A stretch of DNA of 64,000 nucleotides from the NCBI GenBank assembly GCA_028688325.1, contig JAQTYI010000001.1, positions 104,820 through 168,819 of the forward strand. The letters run 5' to 3'. Under the pieces are notes generated by a model. The model did not search any database, had not been told where the DNA came from, and saw only the letters and a list, made by a program, of their open reading frames with translations. A program made the position numbers and the translations under genes. Below are positions 1 through 9,531 of the stretch, in pieces. Origin of the DNA: Candidatus Portnoybacteria bacterium (GTDB lineage: Bacteria > Patescibacteriota > Minisyncoccia > Portnoybacterales > GWB1-42-6). The first letter of the stretch is position 1, and each line of letters opens with the position of its first letter.

Positions 1-632
1 TTGTGCTTAACTTTGCTCTTCTCCAAGAGCCGCTTAATTTCATCCAGCGCCGCGGGCGAGACCGAAATAACGGTTTGGCCAGGGCTGTTAAGATTGCTGA
101 CATAAAATTCCGTTTTCGCCAGAATATTTTTAGTTGACTGTTCATTGGCGTTAACGGCCATCATAAATCCCGCTTCGTTGGCCTTGGGGCAAAAAAGATC
201 GCGATGGTAAATAATATCAAACATTTCTTCAAATGAAATTATTCCCGCCGCCACCAGCGCCGCGTATTCGCCAAAGCTGTGGCCTGTCACGATTTGAGGA
301 ATGATTTTCTGGTCAACAAGAATTTCATGCAGCGCCACTTCCAGGGTAAACAAGGCCAGATTCCTGACAATCGGCAATGTTTCTTCTTTTAAGCCCTCTG
401 TCTGCAAAATATAGTTTGATATTTTGGGCAAGGCAAGTTCCTTCGCCAAAGAATCCGCTTGCTTAAACTTATCGCGGATTATTTTAAAGTCCGCATATTG
501 TTTTTTGAACATTCCAGGAAAAGCAGCGCCCTGCCCGGGAAAAATAAAACAACGCCTGGAAAAGTCTGCTCCCAGGTATTGCTCCGCCTCAACGCGATAA
601 GCGCCAAAATAATATCCCCGGCTGTTATTCAT
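1..632 (-). CDS. Discrete acyltransferase (malonyl-CoA:ACP transacylase-type AT domain), 3' end runs off window
   Basis: Manual reverse-complement translation from ATG at 632-630: MNNSRGYYFGAYRVEAEQYLGADFSRRCFIFPGQGAAFPGMF...VTGHSFGEYAALVAAG. It carries the FPGQGA and GHSxG motifs typical of FabD/PKS AT domains. The start overlaps the ketosynthase (KS) stop at 625-627. The ORF is open to position 1, which is probably why it is missing from the ORF track. Confidence 0.65.
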   Translation of the reverse strand, partial: MNNSRGYYFGAYRVEAEQYLGADFSRRCFIFPGQGAAFPGMFKKQYADFKIIRDKFKQADSLAKELALPKISNYILQTEGLKEETLPIVRNLALFTLEVALHEILVDQKIIPQIVTGHSFGEYAALVAAGIISFEEMFDIIYHRDLFCPKANEAGFMMAVNANEQSTKNILAKTEFYVSNLNSPGQTVISVSPAALDEIKRLLEKSKVKH

Positions 633-2691
633 GGTAATCTATTTTTTTAATCAGTTCGTTGATCGGATAATTGTTCTTTTGGGCGAAAGATAGAGTGGAT
701 AAAATCAAGCAGTGAATTTTTGTTCTTTCAATTTTGAGCTTGCTCTTATTCAGTTTCTCTTCGCTGCCGATCAGAATAATTAAGCCATCCTGTTTTTGCA
801 GTTCACGGCCGGCAATATTCAAGGCGGCGTCAAAAGAATTGAAATCGGCGTCAACATTGAAATTTTTTCCTTTAAAATCAAACGCGTTGCAAATTCTGCC
901 GGCAACGACATTATTTAAGACGCCCGGGCCGGTATCTTCGGTCGCTTCGGGAAATTTGTTTTTATGCCCGATCAAAAGCTCCAACGAATTTTTATCAAGA
1001 AAAGCTAAGGCGTCTTTAAACTCCCAATGCCTGATCCGTTTGTCAAAATCAATGGCCGAATCCAAGCCCAGGCAGCCGGCCGAAATTACCTTAACATTTT
1101 CTTTGTCCAGCGAATCAATTTCCATATTGGCCTTGGCCAATGCTGCAGCAACCGCCAACAAAGCATTCAATTGGCTCTTGTCCATGTGCGGCAAGCTCTG
1201 CGGAGGAATTTTAAATTTTGCCGCTATCAAATTAAAATCAACTTTTTTCAGAGAGATGGAGCTGCCGCCCAAAATAACCACGGGGCTGGCCGCTCCGCCC
1301 TTTTTGGCTTTTATTATTTCTTGGCCGCCATTGAATTCATCCAGCACCAAATGATAATTTATATTGCCAAACCCAAAAGAAGAGATTCCCAAGCGCAGGG
1401 GCCGGGAAATGTTTCCCAGCATGACCGGCTCTTTGTTGATATATACGGACTTATTCTGGCCGACTATGAGCGCTTCAAAATATTTGACCGGCGGAATCAC
1501 TTTATTTTGCAAGATCAAAACGCATTTAAGCAGTCCGGCCGCTCCGGCTGCGCCCTTGGTGTGGCCGATCAATGATTTTACCGAACCGACGGGAAGCCGT
1601 TGGCCGACAAAAAACTCACTTAAAGACGCCAATTCCGTGCTATCGCCCACTTTCGTGCCAGTGCCATGGCCCTCAATATAGCTGACGCTGTTTTTGTCCA
1701 AACTCCGGTATGCCCGTTTAAAAGCCAAGACCTGGCCACCTTGGCTCGGCGAAAATAAGCTAGAACTCCGGCCGTCGCTGGAACTACCGATTGATCTTAT
1801 CACACCGTAAATTTTGTTTTTATCTTTAAGCGCGTCGGCCAGACGCTGCAAAACGAAAATAACCGTCCCTTCGCCCTGCAACAATCCTTCAGTTTTTTTA
1901 TCGTAAGGCAAACATTTGCCGGGCGACAAAGCGCCGGCCTTGCTGAATAAAATAAAAGTGTTCGGAGACAAATTGCTCTCCACTCCCCCGGTTATGGCCA
2001 AGTTCGCCTGATAATTTTTTAAAGCCGTGGCAGCCGCGTCAATCGCCGCCAAAGAAGAGGCGCAAGCCGCGTCAATCAAGGCGCCCTCTCCCTGGAGACA
2101 GAATTTTTGTTTGATCAAGTTTATGACGGAAGTTGTGAGCACCGAAGAAACCATGATTTCTGTCTTTGTCTCGCGCCGATTAAAATATTCCTTGATTGAT
2201 TTAAAGATCCGCTTCTGATTTTTTAAATTACTTCTGCCAATGTGTCTCTTTAACGACTCCTCCGTGTGCCGATAGAACTTAACCAGCGAAAAGGCCTCGT
2301 CCAGCTCCATGCAGCCCAAAAAAATCGGCGTGTTTTGCCTTTCTCTGGCCAGTGTTTCGCGGTTCAAACCGGACAGGGCCTGCTCGGTTGCTTCCAGTGC
2401 CATCGTCTGCAGCCGGTTGCTTTGGGAGAAATCAGGACCAAGTTTATCGCGCAATTTCTCAAGTTGCCTTTCTTCCACAAAGGCCGCGACATTAGAATAG
2501 GTCTTATCCGGCTCATTTTTGTCTTGGCTAAAATAAAGACGGCTCGGCCACCGCTCTTCCGGCACTTTCCTGATGGAGCATTTCCCAGCCGAAAGATTGT
2601 GCCAAAATTCCGAGGGATTGCCGGCGTCCGGTAAAACGCATCCCAGGCCTACAATACAAATATCATTATCGTAATAAAAGCGTTTGTTCAT
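625..2691 (-). CDS. Type I PKS-like beta-ketoacyl synthase (KS domain plus ~250 aa C-terminal region of unknown function)
   Basis: 688-aa ORF with KS signatures: active-site Cys motif IDAACASSL, HGTGT, and GHTKGAAG. The stop overlaps the start of the downstream AT gene. Confidence 0.75.
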   Translation of the reverse strand: MNKRFYYDNDICIVGLGCVLPDAGNPSEFWHNLSAGKCSIRKVPEERWPSRLYFSQDKNEPDKTYSNVAAFVEERQLEKLRDKLGPDFSQSNRLQTMALEATEQALSGLNRETLARERQNTPIFLGCMELDEAFSLVKFYRHTEESLKRHIGRSNLKNQKRIFKSIKEYFNRRETKTEIMVSSVLTTSVINLIKQKFCLQGEGALIDAACASSLAAIDAAATALKNYQANLAITGGVESNLSPNTFILFSKAGALSPGKCLPYDKKTEGLLQGEGTVIFVLQRLADALKDKNKIYGVIRSIGSSSDGRSSSLFSPSQGGQVLAFKRAYRSLDKNSVSYIEGHGTGTKVGDSTELASLSEFFVGQRLPVGSVKSLIGHTKGAAGAAGLLKCVLILQNKVIPPVKYFEALIVGQNKSVYINKEPVMLGNISRPLRLGISSFGFGNINYHLVLDEFNGGQEIIKAKKGGAASPVVILGGSSISLKKVDFNLIAAKFKIPPQSLPHMDKSQLNALLAVAAALAKANMEIDSLDKENVKVISAGCLGLDSAIDFDKRIRHWEFKDALAFLDKNSLELLIGHKNKFPEATEDTGPGVLNNVVAGRICNAFDFKGKNFNVDADFNSFDAALNIAGRELQKQDGLIILIGSEEKLNKSKLKIERTKIHCLILSTLSFAQKNNYPINELIKKIDYHE

Positions 2692-3836
2692 TGAGTCCTT
2701 TTTAATTTGATGACAATTGATTTTTCTTGCAAAAATCTGATGCTCAGCGCTCCGATCAGCCAGCCCAAACCGAGCAAACCGACCGGCAAAATAAAATAAG
2801 CAAGAGACGGCTCATCCATGGGGAAAAAATCTTTAACGAGCCAGGACAATTTCTGACTGGCGAACATTTGCGCCACATAGATCCAAAGAATTCCCTTGCC
2901 GTAGCTGTTTATTATGCCATATTTGCTAAAGCGGCTGTTATTTAAAAAAGTGTTGGCTACGACCACCAGCAGACAAAAAAGCCCCAATGCCGCCAGTACC
3001 CAGCCGATCTTTGGCTGAAAAATACTGGGACCCCAAACATAATTAGGATCCAAATAAGGCGAGGCCTCGCCCCGCGAAACGGCCAAGGATAAAAGAATCG
3101 CGCCAGCAGCAAATAACCCAACCCTGAATTTAACGCTGTCTTGATATTTCAAATAATAATGCGCGACTAAAAATCCGAATACCACCACGCCAAACCAAGG
3201 AAAAAACGGCCAAAAAATAAAAGCATTATGAACTCCGATAAAAATCCCGACAAAATACAGGTGGTCCCAGTTTCCCAAAATATTCCTTAGAGGATCGGCT
3301 ACCAGCAAAACGGCCAGCCCGAACCAGCCAACAGCGCGAACAGAAAACTTTTTCAGCAAAAAAACAATAACAATTAACGATAAGCCAATCAATTGCAAAA
3401 CATTCCAGGAAAAAGTGTAACCGATGCCGAAAGTGATCATATTCATAAAAAAACCAGCCAATGATAGAAAAGTCGCTATTTTTATTATTCCGCCGAGACG
3501 ATAATCATTCTTTAACTTATCCTGAATGAACCCTTTATCCAGGTCCATTCTTAAAACAGCGCCGGCGATTATCGGTAAAGCAATCAAAAATAAGCCCAGA
3601 TACATAAGGTTGCTGGTAATTTTGTAAAAAATGCCGAACGGATTGACGAAAACGCCCGAATTGGTGACCAACGCCACATGGGCGTGGACGAATATCAGTA
3701 CGGCCAAACAAACAAATTTGACCGCGCTTAACGCGGGCCATCTTTTTTTCCGATGCTCTAAATCATCAATCATTGCCCTATTATAGCACTTCAAAAAAGT
3801 TTTCTCTATGTTAAACTTTATTGCGCTAAAAAACAA
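2688..3836 (-). CDS. Polytopic membrane protein, acyltransferase-3/DUF1624-like candidate
   Basis: 382 aa with about 10 hydrophobic segments. The N-terminal R/K...L...H pattern (KRWPALSAVKFVCLAVLIFVHAH) resembles membrane O-acyltransferases. The stop overlaps the KS start in an ATGA arrangement. Confidence 0.35.
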   Translation of the reverse strand: MFFSAIKFNIEKTFLKCYNRAMIDDLEHRKKRWPALSAVKFVCLAVLIFVHAHVALVTNSGVFVNPFGIFYKITSNLMYLGLFLIALPIIAGAVLRMDLDKGFIQDKLKNDYRLGGIIKIATFLSLAGFFMNMITFGIGYTFSWNVLQLIGLSLIVIVFLLKKFSVRAVGWFGLAVLLVADPLRNILGNWDHLYFVGIFIGVHNAFIFWPFFPWFGVVVFGFLVAHYYLKYQDSVKFRVGLFAAGAILLSLAVSRGEASPYLDPNYVWGPSIFQPKIGWVLAALGLFCLLVVVANTFLNNSRFSKYGIINSYGKGILWIYVAQMFASQKLSWLVKDFFPMDEPSLAYFILPVGLLGLGWLIGALSIRFLQEKSIVIKLKRTQ

Positions 3837-3933
3837 GCCGGGCTTGCCGTCTCAACTTTTGCATCAACAAAATCATGCTCTTTCCAAAAAGAAAAAGCGC
3901 ATAGCCGTTTGGCGGACTATGCGCTTAATAACT

Positions 3934-4533
3934 TTAACGCATCCAGCTTTTAACAAGCTGGATGACCACTTGAGAATTGAGCACTTCGGTATGCTCGCCC
4001 TCGACAACCTTTTGGTCAATAACTTTTTTGCCTCGAAGATCCAAGGCGGATTTCAAGTCGACGACACCATCGTTCTTTTCAGTTCCCATATAAAACCTGG
4101 GAGCTGAGTTGTTGTATGCCGCGATGACATACAACGGGGTTTTGCTTTCTTTGTCTCCTGTGTCAAAGAAAACTCTGACGAACGCCGGACCGAATCCGCC
4201 GGACGGAGAAGCTATGGTAATAATCTTCTCCACCAAGCCGGGATTATCGGCGTCAATCCTCCGGGCAATTAAACCACCCCAGGAATGAGCAACGACAATA
4301 AATTGTTCGGTTACTCCCGCTTCTCTTATTCGTCCGAGAAGCTCTTCGGCTGCATAAGACAGCGGCCACATCTTGTCCGGAATAATTACGATGGATCCGG
4401 GAATGCCGTCCTTTAGACCATTCACTTGCTCCAGATTACTACCCACGCCTCCCACAATAATAATCGGGGTTTCGGCGAGGGCGACAGATGCAACCAGCAA
4501 AAAACTGATTACTGCCAATGCTATCTTCTTCAT
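3934..4533 (-). CDS. Secreted alpha/beta hydrolase (lipase/esterase-like)
   Basis: Signal peptide MKKIALAVISFLLVASVALA. GXSXG nucleophile elbow AHSWGG. Confidence 0.6.
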   Translation of the reverse strand: MKKIALAVISFLLVASVALAETPIIIVGGVGSNLEQVNGLKDGIPGSIVIIPDKMWPLSYAAEELLGRIREAGVTEQFIVVAHSWGGLIARRIDADNPGLVEKIITIASPSGGFGPAFVRVFFDTGDKESKTPLYVIAAYNNSAPRFYMGTEKNDGVVDLKSALDLRGKKVIDQKVVEGEHTEVLNSQVVIQLVKSWMR

Positions 4534-4768
4534 TTTGGCACCCTCCTTTCCGAGGTATGGTTTTATTAAGTTTTTAAGGGGCCGTGAAACATCCGGTATT
4601 CCCTTTTCTTCCTACCCTTATTATACTGCAATTAAAAATGCTTGTCAAGCCCTATTCGCACATTTGGACTTCTTGCGATTGGGGCGTTTTCGCCTGTCCC
4701 CCTCCATATCCGTATAAATAAGTGAAAAATTAAAGATTGCGCCGCGAAAAAAGCGGGCGGCCTTTTGG

Positions 4769-5596
4769 TTATCCGCAAAGCGCGAGGAAACCGAGCCAAG
4801 CCGACAAAAATTGTCCCCAAAACAAGGCCGCCAATGTCCCGAATACCAAGAACGGGCCGAAGGGAATTTGCGACTTCATGGTCTTGCGCTTCAGCGCTAT
4901 CAGAACCAGGCCCGCCGCCGCGCCGGAAAAAAAAGCCGAAAATAAAGCGAATAAAATGCCGGGCCAGCCCAAAACCAGCCCCATAAAAAAGGTTAGCTTT
5001 ACATCCCCCATCCCCATGCCCCGGCCGCGCGTTGCGAGCGCCAAAAACAAAAAAAACGCGGCGGCGGCGATGGCGGATAACAGATAGGGGTAAAGAATTT
5101 CCAATCTCCAGCTCCCGATTCCCAACAAATGGCCTGCCTTAAGACCAGAAACTTCAAACAAACGATATATTAACGAAATTATAACCGCCGGAAACAGAAC
5201 CTTGTCCGGAATGATATAATGGCGCAAATCATAAACAAAAATTACGACGCAGCAACTGATGATAAAAAACCGATAAATAAGATCGATCTGATCCGCGATT
5301 TGAAAATTGAAAATTGCGACAAACAACGCCCCGGTCGCCGCTTCCACCAGCGGATATTGCCAAGATATTTTTTCGCGGCAATTGCGGCATCGGCCGCGCA
5401 AAACAATAAAGCTGAGGATCGGGATCAGGTCGTGCCATGCCAGGACCCGTCCGCATAACGGGCAATGGGAGCGCTTTTTGACGATATCTTCTTTTTCCAG
5501 GCGGAAAATGACCACATTCAAAAAACTGCCGACGGCGGAACCGATAATAAAAATTATGATGTCGAATAAATAGCTCATATCGTCGCTAATTGTCAT
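4769..5596 (-). CDS. pilD: Type IV prepilin leader peptidase (A24 family)
   Basis: N-terminal zinc motif CPLCGR...CRNC. Catalytic Asp motifs YDLRHYIIPD and GMGDVKL. Polytopic membrane protein. Confidence 0.8.
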   Translation of the reverse strand: MTISDDMSYLFDIIIFIIGSAVGSFLNVVIFRLEKEDIVKKRSHCPLCGRVLAWHDLIPILSFIVLRGRCRNCREKISWQYPLVEAATGALFVAIFNFQIADQIDLIYRFFIISCCVVIFVYDLRHYIIPDKVLFPAVIISLIYRLFEVSGLKAGHLLGIGSWRLEILYPYLLSAIAAAAFFLFLALATRGRGMGMGDVKLTFFMGLVLGWPGILFALFSAFFSGAAAGLVLIALKRKTMKSQIPFGPFLVFGTLAALFWGQFLSAWLGFLALCG

Positions 5597-5668
5597 TCGT
5601 TCGTTTTGTTCGGAACGACAACAAAAAAAGATCTCACGCGAAATAACAATTATATTCTAACATAAAAA

Positions 5669-5709
5669 ACAAAAACCATCCCGAAAAGCGGCTATGGTTT
5701 TTGTTTTTT
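5669..5709 (-). terminator. Stem-loop plus U-run downstream of pilin gene 1 (near-identical copy at 6339-6378)
   Basis: aaaaaccat-cccgaaaagcggct-atggttttt followed by tgtttttt. It could function on either strand. Confidence 0.5.
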
Positions 5710-5727
5710 AAAAATATGAAAATAAAA

Positions 5728-6192
5728 CTACGGAATCACATCATAAACATTGTCCGTGCCGTCAAAGCCGCCCGCGGCGCAATCGGCGGCCGCCTTATCC
5801 GCGTCGCTGTTTAAGGCGGAGTTGGCCGCCTCCAGCGGCGCATTGGTTCCCAAATGATAACCGTGGGAAGCGGAAACGCAATATTTGAAGTCAAGATTGT
5901 TGAGCGGGTCTTTGGGCAGGGAGTTGATATAAACCGGGGTTAAAAGCACCAAGGCGTCCCCGTCTTGGCCGACCGGATAATAGCCGTTGGCGTCATAATA
6001 CATTTGCAGCGCCACCTTAAATTGCCCGATATCGGAGATCCTTTTCACATCTCTGGCTTTGGCGCGGGCCGTGTTTAAAGAAACCGTCACTATCGTGGCC
6101 AAAAGGCCGATAATGGCGATAACCACCAGCAATTCAATCAAGGTAAAACCTTTTGATTTGCTCGGGGCAATGCCTTTTTTTTGTTTATTCAT
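5728..6192 (-). CDS. Type IV pilin (prepilin, N-terminal methylation motif)
   Basis: KGFTLIELLVVIAIIGLLA class III signal. Confidence 0.8.
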   Translation of the reverse strand: MNKQKKGIAPSKSKGFTLIELLVVIAIIGLLATIVTVSLNTARAKARDVKRISDIGQFKVALQMYYDANGYYPVGQDGDALVLLTPVYINSLPKDPLNNLDFKYCVSASHGYHLGTNAPLEAANSALNSDADKAAADCAAGGFDGTDNVYDVIP

Positions 6193-6338
6193 AATCGTCG
6201 CTATCCTTTCGTTTGCGCGTTATTTTAACATACAAACAACTAAACGCGTCCGGACGCAAAACCCGACCATCTTGGACGCTGAAATATTTATATGTTTAAT
6301 GCTTAGTATTATTGCTCATATTATATCACTCTTTTTAA

Positions 6339-6378
6339 AAAAACAAAAACCATCCCGAAAAGCGGCTATGGTTTTTGT
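6339..6378 (-). terminator. Duplicated stem-loop terminator downstream of pilin gene 2
   Basis: Same ~40-nt sequence as at 5669-5709. Confidence 0.5.
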
Positions 6379-6400
6379 CTGCAATTTAATTAAGGTGAAA

Positions 6401-6835
6401 TTACGGGCAAGCATATACGCCGGCCGCTAAATTGGCCAATACCATTTTGTTGTTACCTGTGCTGTCAACGCACCAAAAATTAGAACTTTTAAGCGCTGAT
6501 GAAGCCGCCCAGTCGGCTGCCCGATTGTTGCAAACCGTTGCCCCGCCGCTCGCCGAGTCGGCCGAAGCCAAGGCCTTCACGACTGTCGCGTCGGCGCAAA
6601 CGGCCGCGTATGAACTATTCGTATCGTAGACCATTTCCGCTTGGGTCATTACGGCTTTCAAATTCGCTTTTATGGCCGTATCCGCGCCTTTGCTTCTCGC
6701 TGAATTCAACGAAACCATCACGATTGAAGCCAGAATGCCGATAATGGCGATAACCACCAGCAATTCAATCAAGGTAAAGCCCGTCTGTTTGTTGTTTCTC
6801 AATTTTTTCACCTCCTTTCGCACCGCGGATATCAA
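6401..6835 (-). CDS. Type IV pilin (second paralog)
   Basis: QTGFTLIELLVVIAIIGILA. Tandem paralog of the 5728-6192 pilin. Confidence 0.8.
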   Translation of the reverse strand: MISAVRKEVKKLRNNKQTGFTLIELLVVIAIIGILASIVMVSLNSARSKGADTAIKANLKAVMTQAEMVYDTNSSYAAVCADATVVKALASADSASGGATVCNNRAADWAASSALKSSNFWCVDSTGNNKMVLANLAAGVYACP

Positions 6836-6963
6836 CGCGGATCCGGCACGCGGATTTAAACGCTGATAAAATACGGTTTTTTAATTTTTATTTTATTGTA
6901 AACTGTCTTTCCCTCTGATCCGCCTTAAGATCCGCGCAACGGATCAGCGTTTTGATCCGCGGC

Positions 6964-8172
6964 TTAGAGGCCTCCCGCGACATTATATATCGGCATCAAA
7001 ATAGCCATAATAAGCACAATAACCCCGCCGCCGATCAGCAGAATAAGAAATGGTTCTATCAGCTGGCTTATGGTATCAATGGTGGTGTCGGCCTCGCGGC
7101 TGTAAAATTGCCCCATTTTTTTCAGAATGACATCCAAGGAGCCGGTTTGTTCGCCGGTAGCGATCATTTGCGTGACCAGCGGCGGCATTTCTTTGTGTTT
7201 GGCCAAAGAGCTGGAAAGCGATTCGCCGATCCGCACGCTTTCTTTCGCCTCAATGACTATGTCGCGGTATATGACATTGCCCAAGACCTCGCTGGTCACC
7301 TGCAAGGCCTGCAAAATGGAAAGTCCGCCTTGGATCAGGGTGCTCAGATTTTCCGCAAAACGGGTGATGTAAATTTTTTCAAAAACCCTTTTGCCGAACA
7401 CCGGCATTTTTAATTTCAAAAGGTCCCATTGCCGGCGGGCCGAGGGTTTGTTCTTAACGGCGTAAAAAGCGTAGTAGGTCCCTCCGGAAATCAGAATGAG
7501 CAGCAACCACCACCAGCTTATCAAAAAATTGGATGTGCCGATCATCGCCCTCGTCATAAAGGGCAGCTCCTGGCCGGCTTCCTGCAAAAAGCTTGTGAGC
7601 TTGGGCACCACGAATATCATCATTAAAACCGCGATGGCCGCGAACGCCCCCAGAATCACTCCCGGATAAATCAACGCTCCGCGCACCCGAGAATTCAAGT
7701 GGTCTTGTTTTTCCAGATAATCAGCCAAATACAGCAGGGATTTTTCCATCCCCCCCGAGGCCTCCCCCGCTTTTATCATATTGACAAAAAACTCCGAAAA
7801 GATCTTGGGATGGCGAGCCAGCGCCTTGGAAAAAAGAGTTCCGCCTTCAATATCATTAGACACCTCAAAGAGGATCTCCTTGAAATATTCGTTTTCCACT
7901 TGCTTGGACAGCGACTGCAGCGATGTCAAAAGCGGCACCTGAGCCGAAACCAAAGTCGCCAGCTGGCGGGCGAAAATGGAAACTTCTTTGGATTTGACCC
8001 GCTGAAAAAGTTTGAGGTTCAGAGAAAAAGCGGAGCCGGAAAACGCTTTCAATTCCAAAATTATCAAGCCCTTGGCTTGCAGCGCCGCGATGGCCGCTTT
8101 CTCGTTGATCGCTTCAACCACGCCGTTTTGCATTTCGCTCAGTTTGGTTCTGGCTATATAGTCAAATTGCAT
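6964..8172 (-). CDS. pilC: Type IV pilus inner-membrane platform protein (GspF/PilC family)
   Basis: 402 aa with two GspF-type repeats and three TM segments. Confidence 0.8.
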   Translation of the reverse strand: MQFDYIARTKLSEMQNGVVEAINEKAAIAALQAKGLIILELKAFSGSAFSLNLKLFQRVKSKEVSIFARQLATLVSAQVPLLTSLQSLSKQVENEYFKEILFEVSNDIEGGTLFSKALARHPKIFSEFFVNMIKAGEASGGMEKSLLYLADYLEKQDHLNSRVRGALIYPGVILGAFAAIAVLMMIFVVPKLTSFLQEAGQELPFMTRAMIGTSNFLISWWWLLLILISGGTYYAFYAVKNKPSARRQWDLLKLKMPVFGKRVFEKIYITRFAENLSTLIQGGLSILQALQVTSEVLGNVIYRDIVIEAKESVRIGESLSSSLAKHKEMPPLVTQMIATGEQTGSLDVILKKMGQFYSREADTTIDTISQLIEPFLILLIGGGVIVLIMAILMPIYNVAGGL

Positions 8173-8291
8173 AACAATGATTTTTTATTATCGATTTTTT
8201 TAATTATCAAAAACTTAATTATTGAAAGGCCCGGTCGTTTCTCTGCTTCCTGCGGTTTAGAAAATAGAAGTAAAAATTCCCGCGTCTCTTT

Positions 8292-9416
8292 CTACCTTTG
8301 CAGTATCATCTTTAATTCGTGGGGGTTGTTGGAAAACATTTCCGCGTTTTCAAAGCTGACCAATCCCTGGTTCACCAAGTCCGCCAGCGACCGATTCAGC
8401 GATATCATCCCTTCTTCCACGCTGGTTTCTATCACCATATCGATTTGGTGGGTTTTACCCTCGCGGATCAAATTGCGCACGGCGGAGTTGGCGATAAGCA
8501 ATTCCACGGCGTTTATCAGCCCGCCCTTTGCCGCCGGAACCAAGCGGCGCGAAAGCACACCCAGCAAAGTGGCGGAAAGCTGCATGCGAATCTGCCCCTG
8601 CTGATGGGGCGGGAAGCTGTCAATTATGCGGTCGATGGTCTGGGCTGCGGTGTTGGTATGCAAAGTTGAGAAGATAAGATGTCCCGTTTCGGCCGCGGTC
8701 ATGGCGGTGGAAATGGTTTCCGGGTCGCGCATCTCACCTATCATGGCCACATCCGCATCCTGGCGGAACATGGCGCGCAGACCGCGATGAAAATCGGCCA
8801 CATCCACGCTCACCTCGCGCTGGTCAATGATGCATTTGTCCTGCGGAAAAATATATTCTATCGGGTCTTCAATGGTTATCATATGATCCGTCCTAGAATG
8901 GTTGATCTCATCCACCATGGCGGCCAGCGCGGTTGATTTGCCGTGCCCGGAAGGGCCCACCACCAGAAAGAATCCCTGCGAGGCCTGAGTGAATTGATGC
9001 AATATCGGCGGCAAACTCAATTCTTCTATCGTGCGGATGCGGGAAGGAATAAAACGCATCGCCGCCGCGATATTATTGCTTTCCTGGTAAATATTGACCC
9101 TGAATCTGGCCTTGTCTTGATACGCGATGGAAAGATCGACATCTTTGTCAGCCAAAAATTTTTCTTCCTGCGCCTTATTAAGAAGACTCAGGGCAAGGCC
9201 TTTGGCGTGATCGGGAGAAATAGGATCCTTGCCTTCCATAACAACCAATCCTCCGTCAACCCTGAAAATCGGCGGCCGGCCGGCTGAAATATGCAGGTCG
9301 GTCGCATCACGCTTAATAACCTCTTCCAGGAGCCCGTCCATCTCTTTTTTATAATCTTCTGGCATATATCGCTGATCTGAGCGCCGATCCGACAAGCGAA
9401 TCTTAACGCCGATCAA
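8292..9416 (-). CDS. pilT: Twitching-motility retraction ATPase PilT
   Basis: Walker A GPSGHGKST. Asp box, His box and AIRNLIREGK-like motif (SAVRNLIREGK). It has no PilB-type N-terminal domain. The true start may be an internal Met. Confidence 0.75.
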   Translation of the reverse strand: MIGVKIRLSDRRSDQRYMPEDYKKEMDGLLEEVIKRDATDLHISAGRPPIFRVDGGLVVMEGKDPISPDHAKGLALSLLNKAQEEKFLADKDVDLSIAYQDKARFRVNIYQESNNIAAAMRFIPSRIRTIEELSLPPILHQFTQASQGFFLVVGPSGHGKSTALAAMVDEINHSRTDHMITIEDPIEYIFPQDKCIIDQREVSVDVADFHRGLRAMFRQDADVAMIGEMRDPETISTAMTAAETGHLIFSTLHTNTAAQTIDRIIDSFPPHQQGQIRMQLSATLLGVLSRRLVPAAKGGLINAVELLIANSAVRNLIREGKTHQIDMVIETSVEEGMISLNRSLADLVNQGLVSFENAEMFSNNPHELKMILQR

Positions 9417-9531
9417 AAATTAAATTATTATAATACCGCTAAACTACTATATTAACACCAATCCGTATGATTTGAACTTACCTGAATCGCGTCCATATCC
9501 GCGTCGTAGATCTGCGTTAAAATCCGCGGTC

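Noticed and set aside
459-1681. Plus-strand ORFs 459-650, 734-1354, 1027-1575 and 1364-1681.
   Set aside because: They lie antisense to the KS/AT coding sequences, which carry clear catalytic motifs.
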